IMG/VR virus record: IMGVR_UViG_3300022555_000014
Direction: 5' to 3' (one strand)
DNA: 64,000 nt
Source: an uncultured virus (IMG/VR IMGVR_UViG_3300022555_000014)
Lineage: Duplodnaviria; Heunggongvirae; Uroviricota; Caudoviricetes
Shown: positions 50,118 to 60,280 of the stretch, piece after piece
How the letters are laid out: each line of letters opens with the position of its first letter
How positions within the stretch are numbered: position 1 is the first letter of the stretch
Notes under the pieces: generated by a model
Told to the model about the DNA's origin: nothing
The model's input: only the letters and a program-made list of their open reading frames with translations
Database searches by the model: none
Translations under genes and position numbers: made by a program

Positions 50118-50543
50118 ATGGCTGCACAAGCTAAAGTGACCCCCGTCCAGACCTTGGAACAGACTGTAGCCTCTTACCTGGGAAAGAGTGTAGTACTCTC
50201 TGACGGTAAGGTTGGCGTCATAAAGTCTTATGATGACGTTCGTGGACTTCTTTCGGTAGTGCTGGGCGCCTACCGTCCGAGGCTCATTCCTTTGACTTCT
50301 TTGACCCGTGTCAAGGATGAAATTACTGAAGTCGCTTCCAAGAAAGTGATGGACATTGATCCGCCGACCAAGTCCAAAAAGTCTATCAAGGTAAGTGAAC
50401 AGGCTAACTCGGCAATTTCAGCCGAAGCTCTTGTACGCGTGTTCAGTGAGTATTCAGCGGCAGTGGAACTCGCCAAGTCTACCGCCCAAGCCAAACTCGC
50501 CCAACTCGGTATCACTACTCCAATTGACTGGAGCAACGTTTAA
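50118..50543 (+). CDS. hypothetical protein (SH3-like segment shared with 57909..58319)
   Basis: DG..G..K.....RG..SVV.G..RP.LIP shared. Confidence 0.7.
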   Translation: MAAQAKVTPVQTLEQTVASYLGKSVVLSDGKVGVIKSYDDVRGLLSVVLGAYRPRLIPLTSLTRVKDEITEVASKKVMDIDPPTKSKKSIKVSEQANSAISAEALVRVFSEYSAAVELAKSTAQAKLAQLGITTPIDWSNV

Positions 50544-50881
50544 CTCTCACTAACCCCTAGGTGGACAATCCACCTAGGGGTTTTCTCGATTCCAACTCTC
50601 ACCAACCCCTTCCCGCGTGACCGACTCAGGATCGACTCGTCACCCACTAGGGCATTAGTGAGAGTTTAGCGGTTAGGATGTGAGGGTACGAACTCTCACC
50701 AACGTCGGTTTTCAGGATGGGGTGCCTTCCCAACTACCTTTGGTGTGCGTGTCCTACGAATCTTTTTGGTTGTCGGTGCATTTTCCTGTTGACTCTGAGA
50801 AACAGGGGTGCTATTCTAAAATGGCGGAAGGGGTTGATCTTCTCCCCATCCAAACCAAACACACATAGAAGGAAAACGATC

Positions 50882-51256
50882 ATGGCTGCTCCCAAGACTG
50901 GCAAGTCCGCTTCTAAGGCTCCCGCCGCTACTGCCGCCGAAGCTCCTAAGAAGAGCGGTGGTACGCTCACCCTCACCTGCGACTCAACTCGCAAGCAAGC
51001 TGTTGGGCTGAACATGACGGTGTATCCAGCCATCAACTCCAAAGGTGATGATCGCTTGGTTATCGTGATTGACCCAAGCAAAATCGGTAAGGAGTCCAGC
51101 ACTGGTAAGAGTTTGCAAGTTGCTAACACGGGTGGGTGGACGATTTTGGAACAGTTTGAACGCTTCAAGATCACCGGCTCTCTCATTCAGGTCAAAGAAA
51201 AGGCTTCCAAAAAGGAAGTGGTTGCTGATGACGATGATGATGACTCAGACGACTAA
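50882..51256 (+). CDS. hypothetical cassette protein
   Basis: ATG after the shared leader; SSTGKSLQVANTGG motif. Confidence 0.75.
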   Translation: MAAPKTGKSASKAPAATAAEAPKKSGGTLTLTCDSTRKQAVGLNMTVYPAINSKGDDRLVIVIDPSKIGKESSTGKSLQVANTGGWTILEQFERFKITGSLIQVKEKASKKEVVADDDDDDSDD

Positions 51257-51624
51257 TCTGAAATAACAAAACCCCTAGGTGGACGGTCCACCTAGGGGTT
51301 TTCTGATTCGACCAACTCTCACCAACCCCCTTCCCACGTGACCGACTCAGGCTCGACTCGTCACCTACTAGGCCATTAGTGAGAGTTGAGCGGTTAGGAG
51401 GTGATGGTACGAACTCTCACCAACGTCGGTTTTCAGGATGGTTATCTTGGTGTCAGGATGGGTATCTTGGTGTACGTGTCCTACGAATCTTTTTGGTTGT
51501 CGGTGCATTTTCCTGTTGACTCTGAGAAACAGGGGTGCTATTCTAAAATGGCGGAAGGGGTTGATCTTCCAAACCAAACACACGTTGATCTTCCAAACCA
51601 AACACACATAGAAGGAAAACGATC

Positions 51625-52233
51625 ATGGCTGCTTTTTCAGAAACAGAAGTCACCACTTTCCTGAAAACTCAAGGTGTAATTGGCATGTGTTTGCCTGTTA
51701 CAGTTTGCTCTACAAGGACGAGTTCAAACTCCACTATAACATATTTGAGTAATGTACTTAATGGAGCGGAAGTACAGGTACAGTTAGGGACTGGTACTAA
51801 AGCTGTAAGTGCTAGCAGACTCTTTGGTTCAGAGTGTGAAGGTTTTGACGGCTTAAAGAGTTTGGATGTATACCGTAGCGTTTTAGACCAGTCTTTACTG
51901 ATAGGTAAAATTTTCAGTTCTATAACTCAGACAAGTTGGACTTTATATTCACTCATGAGGATGCTTAAGGACCACCCTCTTAACGAAGGCAGGTTCCTTG
52001 TACTTAAAGCAACTCTCTCTAAAGTTGACAGAAAGTTTGCTTACTACGACGAAGACTATGACCTGACTTCAACGTATGGCCTAACTATTACTGGTGGTTA
52101 CCTAGTAGAAACTCCTATAAAGGAGTTTTTAACACAAGGTACTTATACTAGGACCTTTGAAAACGTGGAAATTTTCACGAATAGGGAAAAATTCGAGGCT
52201 AAGCTAGCCTTAGAATCAGAGGATAGTGACTGA
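51625..52233 (+). CDS. hypothetical cassette protein
   Basis: Shared leader; close paralog of the next cassette. Confidence 0.75.
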   Translation: MAAFSETEVTTFLKTQGVIGMCLPVTVCSTRTSSNSTITYLSNVLNGAEVQVQLGTGTKAVSASRLFGSECEGFDGLKSLDVYRSVLDQSLLIGKIFSSITQTSWTLYSLMRMLKDHPLNEGRFLVLKATLSKVDRKFAYYDEDYDLTSTYGLTITGGYLVETPIKEFLTQGTYTRTFENVEIFTNREKFEAKLALESEDSD

Positions 52234-52555
52234 TCTGAAATAACAAAACCCCTAGGTGGACTGTCCACCTAGGGGTTTTTTGATTCGACCAACTCTCACC
52301 AACCCCTTCCCGCGTGACCGACTCAGGATCGACTCGTCACCCACTAGGGCCTTAGTGAGAGTTGAGCGGTTTTCAGGATGAAAGTACACTATCAACTGCC
52401 TTCCCAACTGCCTTTGGTGTACGTGTCCTACGAATCTTTTTGGTTGTCGGTGCATTTTCCTGTTGACTCTGAGAAACAGGGGTGCTATTCTAAAATGGCG
52501 GAAGGGGTTGATCTTCTCCCCATCCAAACCAAACACACATAGAAGGAAAACGATC

Positions 52556-53155
52556 ATGGCTGCTTTTTCAGAAGCTCCTCTTTCAGAAACAGAAGTCACC
52601 ACTTTCCTGAAAACCCAAGGTGTAATTGGCATGTGTTTGCCTGTTAAAGTTTGCTCTACAAAGACGAGTTCGCCGAACTCCACTGTAGGGTATTTGGGTT
52701 ATCTACTTAATGGAGCAGCGGAAGTACAGGTACAGTTAGGTACTGGTACTGAATATGTGAGTAAAGAAAGACTCTTTGGTTCAGAGTTAGAGGATGAAGG
52801 TGAGGATGAAGGTTTTGGTGACTTAAATAGTTTGGATGTGTACCGTAGCCTTTTAGACCAGTCTTTACTGATAGGTAAAATTTTCAGTACTCTAACTCGG
52901 GCAAGTTGGGCTTTATACTCATTCATGGTGATGCTTAAGGACCGCCCTCTTAACGAAGGCAAGTTCCTTGTACTTAAAGCAACTTTCTCTAGAGTTAAAA
53001 GAAAGTTTTACTACAACGAAGGCTATGATCTGATCTCAAAGTACGACCTAACTATTACTGGTGGTTACCTAGTAGAAACTCCTATAAAGGAGTTTTTAAC
53101 ACAAGGTACTTACACTAGGACCTTTGAATCCCTGGAAATGGACATGAGAGAATAG
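52556..53155 (+). CDS. hypothetical cassette protein, recent duplicate of 51625..52233
   Basis: Long identical peptide blocks such as GGYLVETPIKEFLTQGTYTRTFE. Confidence 0.75.
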   Translation: MAAFSEAPLSETEVTTFLKTQGVIGMCLPVKVCSTKTSSPNSTVGYLGYLLNGAAEVQVQLGTGTEYVSKERLFGSELEDEGEDEGFGDLNSLDVYRSLLDQSLLIGKIFSTLTRASWALYSFMVMLKDRPLNEGKFLVLKATFSRVKRKFYYNEGYDLISKYDLTITGGYLVETPIKEFLTQGTYTRTFESLEMDMRE

Positions 53156-53530
53156 CGACTAATCTGAAATAACAAAACCCCTAGGTGGACAATCCACCTA
53201 GGGGTTTTTTGATTCTACCAACTCTCACCAACCCTTTCCCGCGTGACCGACTCAGGATCGACTCGTCACCCACTAGGGCCTTAGTGAGAGTTTAGCGGTT
53301 AGGCTGTGAGGGTACGAACTCTCACCAACGTCGGTTTCGGTAAGGTACGATAATCAAACGTTCCACGTGAAACACTTGCTTTTGTTGGGGTTTAGCAGGA
53401 ATTCAGCGGTGTTTCAAAAATTTTCCAAAAACCTCTTGACTCCTGGCAACGCCTATTGTATCATTGGGTACAGGCTACTGGTGGATAGCAGCCGGTCCCT
53501 TCAACTCCCCAATTAAACAGGAGCGACATT

Positions 53531-53911
53531 ATGCGAAACGAACTCACCCTTCCTACCGGAGAAACAGCCATCATCGTGGGTGGTGACGCTGATCGGGTTT
53601 ACCTTAGAGTACCTGGGAAGACTCGTGGTACACCACGTGCTGTTAACAAGACGGAGTTGGTTGCTAGGATTAACGTTCTCGGTCAGCCTATCCGTCTGTC
53701 TAGCGGCGACGTAGGCGAGATTGTTGGGATTGACGCCAACCGGTTGCTTGTCCGTGTCCATGGGAAGACTCGTGGTACACCGAGAGTTGTTAACGTGGAA
53801 AAGGTGCGTGTACGCTTTTCCAAAAAGAACTGGAGCTTGAAACAGTACACTAGGAAGGCAGCGAACACTTTTACTTTCACCCCGTTCCTCATGCAATCGT
53901 TGTCTGCTTAA
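53531..53911 (+). CDS. hypothetical protein with internal duplicated SH3-like domain
   Basis: IVG.DA.R...RV.GKTRGTPR.VN occurs twice. Confidence 0.7.
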   Translation: MRNELTLPTGETAIIVGGDADRVYLRVPGKTRGTPRAVNKTELVARINVLGQPIRLSSGDVGEIVGIDANRLLVRVHGKTRGTPRVVNVEKVRVRFSKKNWSLKQYTRKAANTFTFTPFLMQSLSA

Positions 53912-53971
53912 CAACAAAAGTGTTGGTGTAGTAAACGTTTACTACACCAACACTAACCTAGGAGAACGGTC

Positions 53972-54208
53972 ATGGCTTCAGTATCCAAGGACTACATTTT
54001 GTATTCCAAACTCTCTCTGGCTATGAGGGATTTGTTCAGCCAAGGGTTTGAGATCAACTCCGGAGGAAGAGTTGACATGTGGGTGCAGAAATGTGGTAAG
54101 GGTTACGACATAACTGCCAGAATAGAACCTTGTGAGCATGATATCAGCAAGGGTGCAGTTAGAGTTTCTATCCTGGTAAACAACCCTGTAGAGCAACGGG
54201 TTAGCTGA
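53972..54208 (+). CDS. hypothetical protein
   Basis: Paralog of 44850..45149. Confidence 0.6.
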   Translation: MASVSKDYILYSKLSLAMRDLFSQGFEINSGGRVDMWVQKCGKGYDITARIEPCEHDISKGAVRVSILVNNPVEQRVS

Positions 54209-54220
54209 GGAGTTGGTATC

Positions 54221-54604
54221 ATGGCTACGATGACTATGCTGGCAGAGTCTAATGTTATCACCTCTTTTGATAACCGCCGTCTAGACCGACTTATTAACGA
54301 GAAAGGCGCGTCAAACAAACTAACAGATGTTGACTATGTTCTATGCCGACTCTACTTGCAGGGGTTTCCTGTGAGGGAAATCCTGGATAATCTCTATCCA
54401 GGAGATGACGATGGCTCGGACGACGACGATGCTGATGACGACTCGGAAGAGGAAGACTTTACCGTTCGGCATTTGGCATCGGCTCTCAAAGAGTTGCCTG
54501 TAAACGTCAAGCACGCCGTTGCCCATCTAATCTTTCTGGTGGAAAATGACGGTGAATTGGAAGAGGATGACGATCCTGAAGAAGACCGAGACGTTGACGA
54601 CTGA
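54221..54604 (+). CDS. acidic hypothetical protein
   Basis: GAGGAG RBS; D/E-rich tracts. Confidence 0.65.
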   Translation: MATMTMLAESNVITSFDNRRLDRLINEKGASNKLTDVDYVLCRLYLQGFPVREILDNLYPGDDDGSDDDDADDDSEEEDFTVRHLASALKELPVNVKHAVAHLIFLVENDGELEEDDDPEEDRDVDD

Positions 54605-54870
54605 ACTCTCATTAACCCCTAGGTGGACAATCCACCTAGGGGTTTTCTCGATTCCAACTCTCACCAACCCTTTCCCGCGTGACCGACTCAGGATCGACTC
54701 GTCACCCACTAGGGCCTTAGTGAGAGTTGGTTCTCCGGAGGACTACACGACTCATTGGTTTTGTTAAGGTTTTGACTGGTAAAATTTATTCTTGACAGCC
54801 AGAAACGATGTGTGGTAAGGTTGGACTACCAGATTTCCCTGGTCTACCCAATCGGAATAGGTGTGCCATC

Positions 54871-55137
54871 ATGAAAACCATCCTTGACGAACTCAACAAC
54901 GGCTACGCTATTGCCAAGGACGTTATTGCCGTGGTGATTAACAAGCGGGGACGCAGGATTAGTCAAGAGGTAGTTCAGTACCAATTACTAAACAAGGATA
55001 ACACGGTGATCAACTCTTACCCGTCCTATCAAGACGCGCTGGAAAAAGGTATGGGTTTCGTGTATGACCGGCTGCCCCGAGGTGGTCAGGCGTTCATGCC
55101 AAGGAAACATGCCGCTGCCGAACACTTGTTTGCCTAG
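54871..55137 (+). CDS. hypothetical protein, related to 56872..57108
   Basis: V.Y.L.N..N.V...Y segment shared. Confidence 0.6.
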   Translation: MKTILDELNNGYAIAKDVIAVVINKRGRRISQEVVQYQLLNKDNTVINSYPSYQDALEKGMGFVYDRLPRGGQAFMPRKHAAAEHLFA

Positions 55138-55239
55138 CAGGCTTAGTTAGGCTAATGGCTTAATTAGGAGTCGAGGGTGAAACAAACCCTCGACTCCCTA
55201 TTTAGCCCGTTATGATCCTTATAGCCAAGGAGTTGACTC

Positions 55240-55474
55240 ATGATAAATCTTACAAAGTTCCACTCTAAACTCGCTAGCGTCGTTGTTAGTAACACGCTAA
55301 CAGGTGTCTTCTCTGTTGTAGGTGGTTTACCTTGTAGTTTCTGATTTAACCGCTAATCAGTGGTTGATTGGAAGTGCGGTGGTAGTCATGACTGTTCTGG
55401 CGGCAGAGGTTATGTTCTATCATGTACGTCATTGGCTTCGGTGCAAGCGACTCGAGCGTCAACTGTACGGATGA
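55240..55474 (+). pseudogene. small membrane protein gene with apparent 1-nt frameshift near 55320
   Basis: MINLTKFHSK... frame and VVYLVVSDLTANQWLIG... frame join with a one-base shift. Confidence 0.4.
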
Positions 55475-55529
55475 TACGTCAGGGTGTGGTGGACAGTCCA
55501 CCACACCCTCTAACCAAGGAGTTGGAACT

Positions 55530-56018
55530 ATGCCTTTACCAAAAATAGCGGAACTTAATCCTTCTTTACCTCAAGTTTATGTAATAACCGATAACTTTGG
55601 AGGCGAATATCCAGCTATCTTGGGAGTGTACTCTAGCTCAGAAGAAGCTCGAGCGATATGTGACGAGTATAACAGAGGGGCTAAACTACAGAACGAATAT
55701 AATGATCTCTCTTATAGGTACATCAAGAAGTTGAATGAACCAAAGAAACCACCAAGACCTACTTTATCTAAGACCTTGCCTGTTGAAAAGGACAAATCCT
55801 TACTATCAAAGGAAAAGCAAGCTTGGGAAGACGCTTACAAGCAAGTGTTAGCAGGCTATGAGTCTGATAAGGATAAGCTGTATAAAAAGGCTGAACGTGT
55901 TCTTATTAAGAAGTACAAACTAACCCCAGAGGAAAAGAAGAAATTTTTGGATGGGGGGTACGAATGCACCTACGGTTACCTTAACTTTCACAAAGTAAAC
56001 TTTATCGGAAAACTCTAA
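55530..56018 (+). CDS. hypothetical protein
   Basis: AAGGAG RBS; VYVI...ILGVYSS.EEA motif common in small phage proteins. Confidence 0.65.
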   Translation: MPLPKIAELNPSLPQVYVITDNFGGEYPAILGVYSSSEEARAICDEYNRGAKLQNEYNDLSYRYIKKLNEPKKPPRPTLSKTLPVEKDKSLLSKEKQAWEDAYKQVLAGYESDKDKLYKKAERVLIKKYKLTPEEKKKFLDGGYECTYGYLNFHKVNFIGKL

Positions 56019-56034
56019 CCAGGGAGTTGGAACC

Positions 56035-56445
56035 ATGTCCGAGTTTCAAATGCCGGTCGGCAACAGTGAGAAGTGGAGCGATTTACCTTGGATAGTCAAA
56101 GGTTACATTCAGGCTGCTTTCTTTACTGAGTGTAACGAAGACCATCCAGAGTTGGCTGATGCAACGTTCTCAGATATCTCTGAAGAGAGTCTAGCAACAA
56201 TTCTGGTGGATTGTGCGCTTTTCCAAAATAAGTCAGTAGACTATTTGGAGAAAGCTTGCGAATTGGCCGGTAAGTCAGAGGAGTCTTTGGGAATGGACTT
56301 TTGGTACACGCGGAATGGTCATGGAGTTGGTTTCTGGGAGAAAGGTAGGTGGCCCAAGTACGGTGCTCGGTTGGACAGGCTTGCCAAAGAGTTTGGTGAG
56401 TGTTGCGTTGTTCGCGGTGATGACGGTCAAGTTTATTTTGACTAA
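56035..56445 (+). CDS. conserved phage hypothetical protein
   Basis: GMDFWYTRNGHGVGFW motif. Confidence 0.7.
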   Translation: MSEFQMPVGNSEKWSDLPWIVKGYIQAAFFTECNEDHPELADATFSDISEESLATILVDCALFQNKSVDYLEKACELAGKSEESLGMDFWYTRNGHGVGFWEKGRWPKYGARLDRLAKEFGECCVVRGDDGQVYFD

Positions 56446-56871
56446 CTTGTAAGGAGGAAGTAAAATGAGGCTTTACCAAGAGAGTGTCTATGTTGACTTT
56501 AACGAGTTGCTAGGACGTTATTGTGTTATCGGAGTAAGTACGGGACAGTGCTATTTCTATGGTACTGAGTCTCAATGTCAAATCAAAGCTGAGAAAATCT
56601 TTATCGGTTCCGTTTGAGGCTTTGATTAGGAGACTAACATGAGAACCTGGGTGTTAGGTTTCAAAACCGGAGAGTTTACCAGCGACGGTTACCCGTGCAT
56701 GGGTATCTTGATGGTACGGGCGGGTTCTTTACGCGAAGCCCTACGGAGACTGCGTTTGGACAACGCCGGAGTTCACGATGTCTACGTGGTCTGAAATTTA
56801 CCCTTGACACCGACAACCTGATTGTGGTAATCTAAACTCGGAACGAAAAATCCAAACAGGAGAAAACCATC

Positions 56872-57108
56872 ATGTCAAACCTTCTGGTCATGAAAGACCT
56901 TCCGGGAGTTCATCAACTTGTTCACCGTCTTGACGGCGGGTTGAGGATTCGCCGGGCGTTCATCACGGTAGGGCTATACACCAAGCACGCCAAGACCGTT
57001 CATAGATATGAGCTAGTCAACTCTGAAAATGTGGTGCTGAGAACTTACCGCACCTTGGCTTTTGCCCGACAGGACAACGGAGTTGACGTTAGCCGGAAGG
57101 CTGCTTAA
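56872..57108 (+). CDS. hypothetical protein
   Basis: TTGACA...TAATCT promoter, AGGAG RBS. Confidence 0.65.
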   Translation: MSNLLVMKDLPGVHQLVHRLDGGLRIRRAFITVGLYTKHAKTVHRYELVNSENVVLRTYRTLAFARQDNGVDVSRKAA

Positions 57109-57168
57109 TTTAACGAGAGGGAAGGTCTAACTATTTAGACCTTCCCTCTGACTTTAAAGGGATTTGTC

Positions 57169-57375
57169 ATGGCTTATGTAAAATATAAGGACTACTACGG
57201 TAGTCATGTCTACACTGTTAACGGAAAGAAGATTAAAACCTTAGCTAGGGTTACTATTACCAATAAAGGTTTGACTCGTACCTACGAAGTTGATCCCAGT
57301 CTTGTTACTGTGGAATTTTTAGAACCGCACAGTCGTTTTAGTCATCCTGTAAGATCAACGGACTTTTTGTGGTAG
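57169..57375 (+). CDS. hypothetical protein
   Basis: Short ORF with RBS. Confidence 0.5.
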   Translation: MAYVKYKDYYGSHVYTVNGKKIKTLARVTITNKGLTRTYEVDPSLVTVEFLEPHSRFSHPVRSTDFLW

Positions 57376-57523
57376 AGCAAGTTCTAGGCATTGAAATTAA
57401 ACTTCCTCTGAGCTTTTTCATTCAAAACAAAGCAAAAGTTGCTGTTATGAAAAAAGACGTAACGCTTGACGACTCCGCTGAATAAGAACAAGCCTACTAT
57501 GAAACCCTCAGGGAGTTTGAAAT

Positions 57524-57724
57524 ATGGAAATCCTGACAACCCTCTTACCATACTACCTAGGAGTTGCTACCCTGTGTTGGTTGTGGATCATAGCCGGGGT
57601 GTTTGCTAACCCAAGATGTAGCCGATTAAATATTTTAGAGGCTATTACGCTGGGTTGGTTACCAGCTACTTTTTGGCCGCTGTGGGCTATGTACCAGATT
57701 CGTACCTATTACAAATGGTACTAG
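57524..57724 (+). CDS. small membrane protein
   Basis: Two hydrophobic helices, FWPL motif. Confidence 0.55.
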   Translation: MEILTTLLPYYLGVATLCWLWIIAGVFANPRCSRLNILEAITLGWLPATFWPLWAMYQIRTYYKWY

Positions 57725-57908
57725 AGGGAGTTTGGCCTATGTTGCTACACGACACGAGCTAACCTGTTGAAAGTCAACGAGAAAAAATGTTGAAGACCCT
57801 TGTCGATTTTTGTTGACTTTTGGGAACGACTTCGGTAAACTTGTTTTCAAGGTGGTCGGGTTGGTCGGCCACTCTGGAATAGAACCTCGTAATAGGAGTA
57901 TCGTAATC

Positions 57909-58319
57909 ATGGCCGTTAAGATCAATCGCGAAGCTGTTGTGGAAACCATTCGCAGCCTTATCTCTGAGTTGCACATTGACCAAGAAGAACTTTTTGGTTC
58001 TAATGACTCCTCTGAGGAAGAGGATGCTGTTGAGGCGGCTCCTGTTAAAGCTTCAGTTCAAGAAAAGACTACTGCGAGTAAGTACTCGGCTAAAGAGATT
58101 GCAGCTATTGAAGCTGCGTACCTTGGTAACCATATCAAGATGGCCGATGGCACCCTTGGAACTCTGAAGACCTTTTACCCTGACCGTGGAGTTGTTTCAG
58201 TGGTGACCGGGCCGCACCGCCCCAAGTTGATCCCGATTGACTCTATTGTTAAGAAGGAAGGCGAGGACGTGCCGCGTACCTTCAAGAAGGGTGAAGATCG
58301 CTACTTTAAGGTGGCGTAA
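57909..58319 (+). CDS. hypothetical protein
   Basis: AGGAG RBS; segment shared with 50118..50543. Confidence 0.7.
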   Translation: MAVKINREAVVETIRSLISELHIDQEELFGSNDSSEEEDAVEAAPVKASVQEKTTASKYSAKEIAAIEAAYLGNHIKMADGTLGTLKTFYPDRGVVSVVTGPHRPKLIPIDSIVKKEGEDVPRTFKKGEDRYFKVA

Positions 58320-58672
58320 ACTCTTCAAGGAAAAAGTGAGTGTCATATTTAATTAAATATGACACTCACTTTTCTAAAAAGTAAGTTTGGCACTAATAAC
58401 CAATTTTTGCCAAACTCTCTAATCAACCAACTTTTACTACTGAAGGGTAAGTAATATGCCTCTAAACGGTGTATACAAAAATTTTCCCCCGTGGCTTAAT
58501 TCCCGATACTAATTTTCTTTTGCAAGACAGAGTAAACCGGTGAAAAGAAAAATTCGAAAACAGTAAAATTTTTCTTGACTTCCCGGTTTTAACCTGTTAT
58601 CATCTTTTTAGTTTTGGTGGTCTCACCAAAATAACTGGTTAATACCCTACCCTCTCTAGGAGATTAAAACAA

Positions 58673-59524
58673 ATGGCTAAGAAGAGCAAGGAAATTGAAG
58701 TCGTTGAAGTTGACGAAGATGAAGACGATGACAACACCAGTGAATCTGGTGAAGGCTTTGCTACCGAGGCTGACGTTGTTGCTGACTCTGAAGACGGTCT
58801 AGACGCTAAGTTGATCGTCATTAACATTCTCAATGAATGTGAAGACTCAGTAGCCATGAACTTGGCGTCGTTTCTAGCTTCTATCTTCGGTGATGACGAC
58901 GGAGAGTCAGGCGAAGATGAAGATGAAGATGAAGATGACGACGACTCTGATGACGAAGATTCAGACGACGAAGAGGATGAGGACGACGACTCTTCTGATG
59001 ACTCGGACGACGAAGACGAAGACGACGATTCGGATGATGAAGAGTCAGACGACGAAGATTCTGATGATGACTCGGACGACGAAGACGACGACTCTGATGA
59101 TGAAGAGTCAGACGATGATGACGATGACGAGCCTGTAAAGCCTGCTGCTAAGAAGGGTGCTGCTAAGGCTCCTCCGGCTAAGGCACCAGCCAAGGCTGCC
59201 AAGGCAGAACCGGCCAAGCCCGCTAAGGCGGCTAAGGCAGAACCGGCTCCAAAGGGTCTTTCTGTTGAAGAGAAGGCAGAGAAGCTCACTAAGCTTAACA
59301 TCGAATTTAAGACTGCTAAGAAGCAGTCGGTTCAGGAAGCGAACATTACTAATCGCTTTGCTGAATGGGAAACCTTCGCTAAGAAGCATGAAGGTAAGTC
59401 TTTTGAACAGGTTCAAAAGCTGCTCACTAAGGCAGGAGTAGAGCCCTCTTACGGTCGTGGTCGTAAGTCTGACGACACTAAGAAGGAAATCGCCTTGGCA
59501 GCACTGTTTAACCAGCAAGCGTAA
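58673..59524 (+). CDS. highly acidic protein with PAK/AAK basic linker
   Basis: Long D/E/S tract, Lys/Ala repeats, C-terminal SYGRGRK; own promoter and terminator. Confidence 0.8.
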   Translation: MAKKSKEIEVVEVDEDEDDDNTSESGEGFATEADVVADSEDGLDAKLIVINILNECEDSVAMNLASFLASIFGDDDGESGEDEDEDEDDDDSDDEDSDDEEDEDDDSSDDSDDEDEDDDSDDEESDDEDSDDDSDDEDDDSDDEESDDDDDDEPVKPAAKKGAAKAPPAKAPAKAAKAEPAKPAKAAKAEPAPKGLSVEEKAEKLTKLNIEFKTAKKQSVQEANITNRFAEWETFAKKHEGKSFEQVQKLLTKAGVEPSYGRGRKSDDTKKEIALAALFNQQA

Positions 59525-59603
59525 TTGAATTAACCTAATTGGGATAAGGGGTAAAACAACAAAAACCCCTTATCCCAACCTTAACCAAGAAGGATATACT
59601 ACT

Positions 59604-60104
59604 ATGGCAAAGCCCGTTTCTTCTAAGAAGACCCTCGCTGCAGGCGCCAACTCTGTACCGTACACCGTTGCAGTACGTGTTCCTCAGAGCCTGAAGACCC
59701 TTCAGGGTGTCGTTGAGAGCATCAATTCGCTCTTCACTGTTGTTCGCGCGCCGCGTCCGCATTCAACAGCCTACCAGCTGGTTAACATTCCTACCTCTAC
59801 CGTTCGTCGTATTGACGGTGAGATTGGTAAGTCCTGCAAGGTGTTCTTTATCGCTACTGAGACCCAACGTCCGATCACGGGTACAATCGACCATCAGGTC
59901 GAAGGCACCAATCTCGTTAAGATCGTTGGTGAGGACAAGGAAGGCAACGCCGTAACAACCTTCGTTGCCGCTGACTACGCAGAGTTCGTTGCTGCTAACG
60001 TCGAGGCTCCCGATGAGAGCACTGGCTTCAAGCGTAAGGGTAAGGTTAAGGCTGAAGTTGAAGAGAAGCCGGTAGCCGCCGCTAAGAAGCCTTCCAAGAA
60101 GTAA
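59604..60104 (+). CDS. hypothetical protein
   Basis: AAGGA RBS; followed by a hairpin. Confidence 0.7.
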   Translation: MAKPVSSKKTLAAGANSVPYTVAVRVPQSLKTLQGVVESINSLFTVVRAPRPHSTAYQLVNIPTSTVRRIDGEIGKSCKVFFIATETQRPITGTIDHQVEGTNLVKIVGEDKEGNAVTTFVAADYAEFVAANVEAPDESTGFKRKGKVKAEVEEKPVAAAKKPSKK

Positions 60105-60280
60105 AACCTAGTTCTGAAAACTAAAGGTCTTAGAGGGGAAACTCTCTAAGACCTTTAGTTTATCCCGAAACTCTTTAGGAGTTGGTGCTATGACGCCGAT
60201 TGAAAGTCGTATATCGTTTAGGGCAACGACGGAGCGACTCCAGAAAGAGTTGGTAGCTTTAACCAAATAGGAGAAACTCA

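Larger units (their letters stand above)
49779..54730 (+). repeat. dispersed intergenic repeat, 6 copies (terminator + 75-bp structured element, with or without promoter/RBS)
   Basis: Copies start at about 49779, 50552, 51268, 52245, 53175 and 54614; core CCAACTCTCACCAACCCYTTCCCGCGTGACCGACTCAGGATCGACTCGTCACCCACTAGGGCMTTAGTGAGAGTT. Confidence 0.95.

Noticed and set aside
50717..52555. N-terminal extensions of track ORFs 50717 and 52463 and small ORFs within the repeats
   Set aside because: They translate the repeated promoter; the true starts are the ATGs at 50882 and 52556 after the RBS.
49779..54730. CRISPR array or classical integron
   Set aside because: The repeats are over 100 bp and separated by whole genes with their own promoters; no cas gene or tyrosine integrase is visible.
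55140..55215. tRNA in the long hairpin region
   Set aside because: A single extended stem with no cloverleaf or T-loop; more likely a terminator or processing hairpin.
58639..59301. Ser-rich minus-strand ORF
   Set aside because: Antisense shadow of the acidic plus-strand gene.
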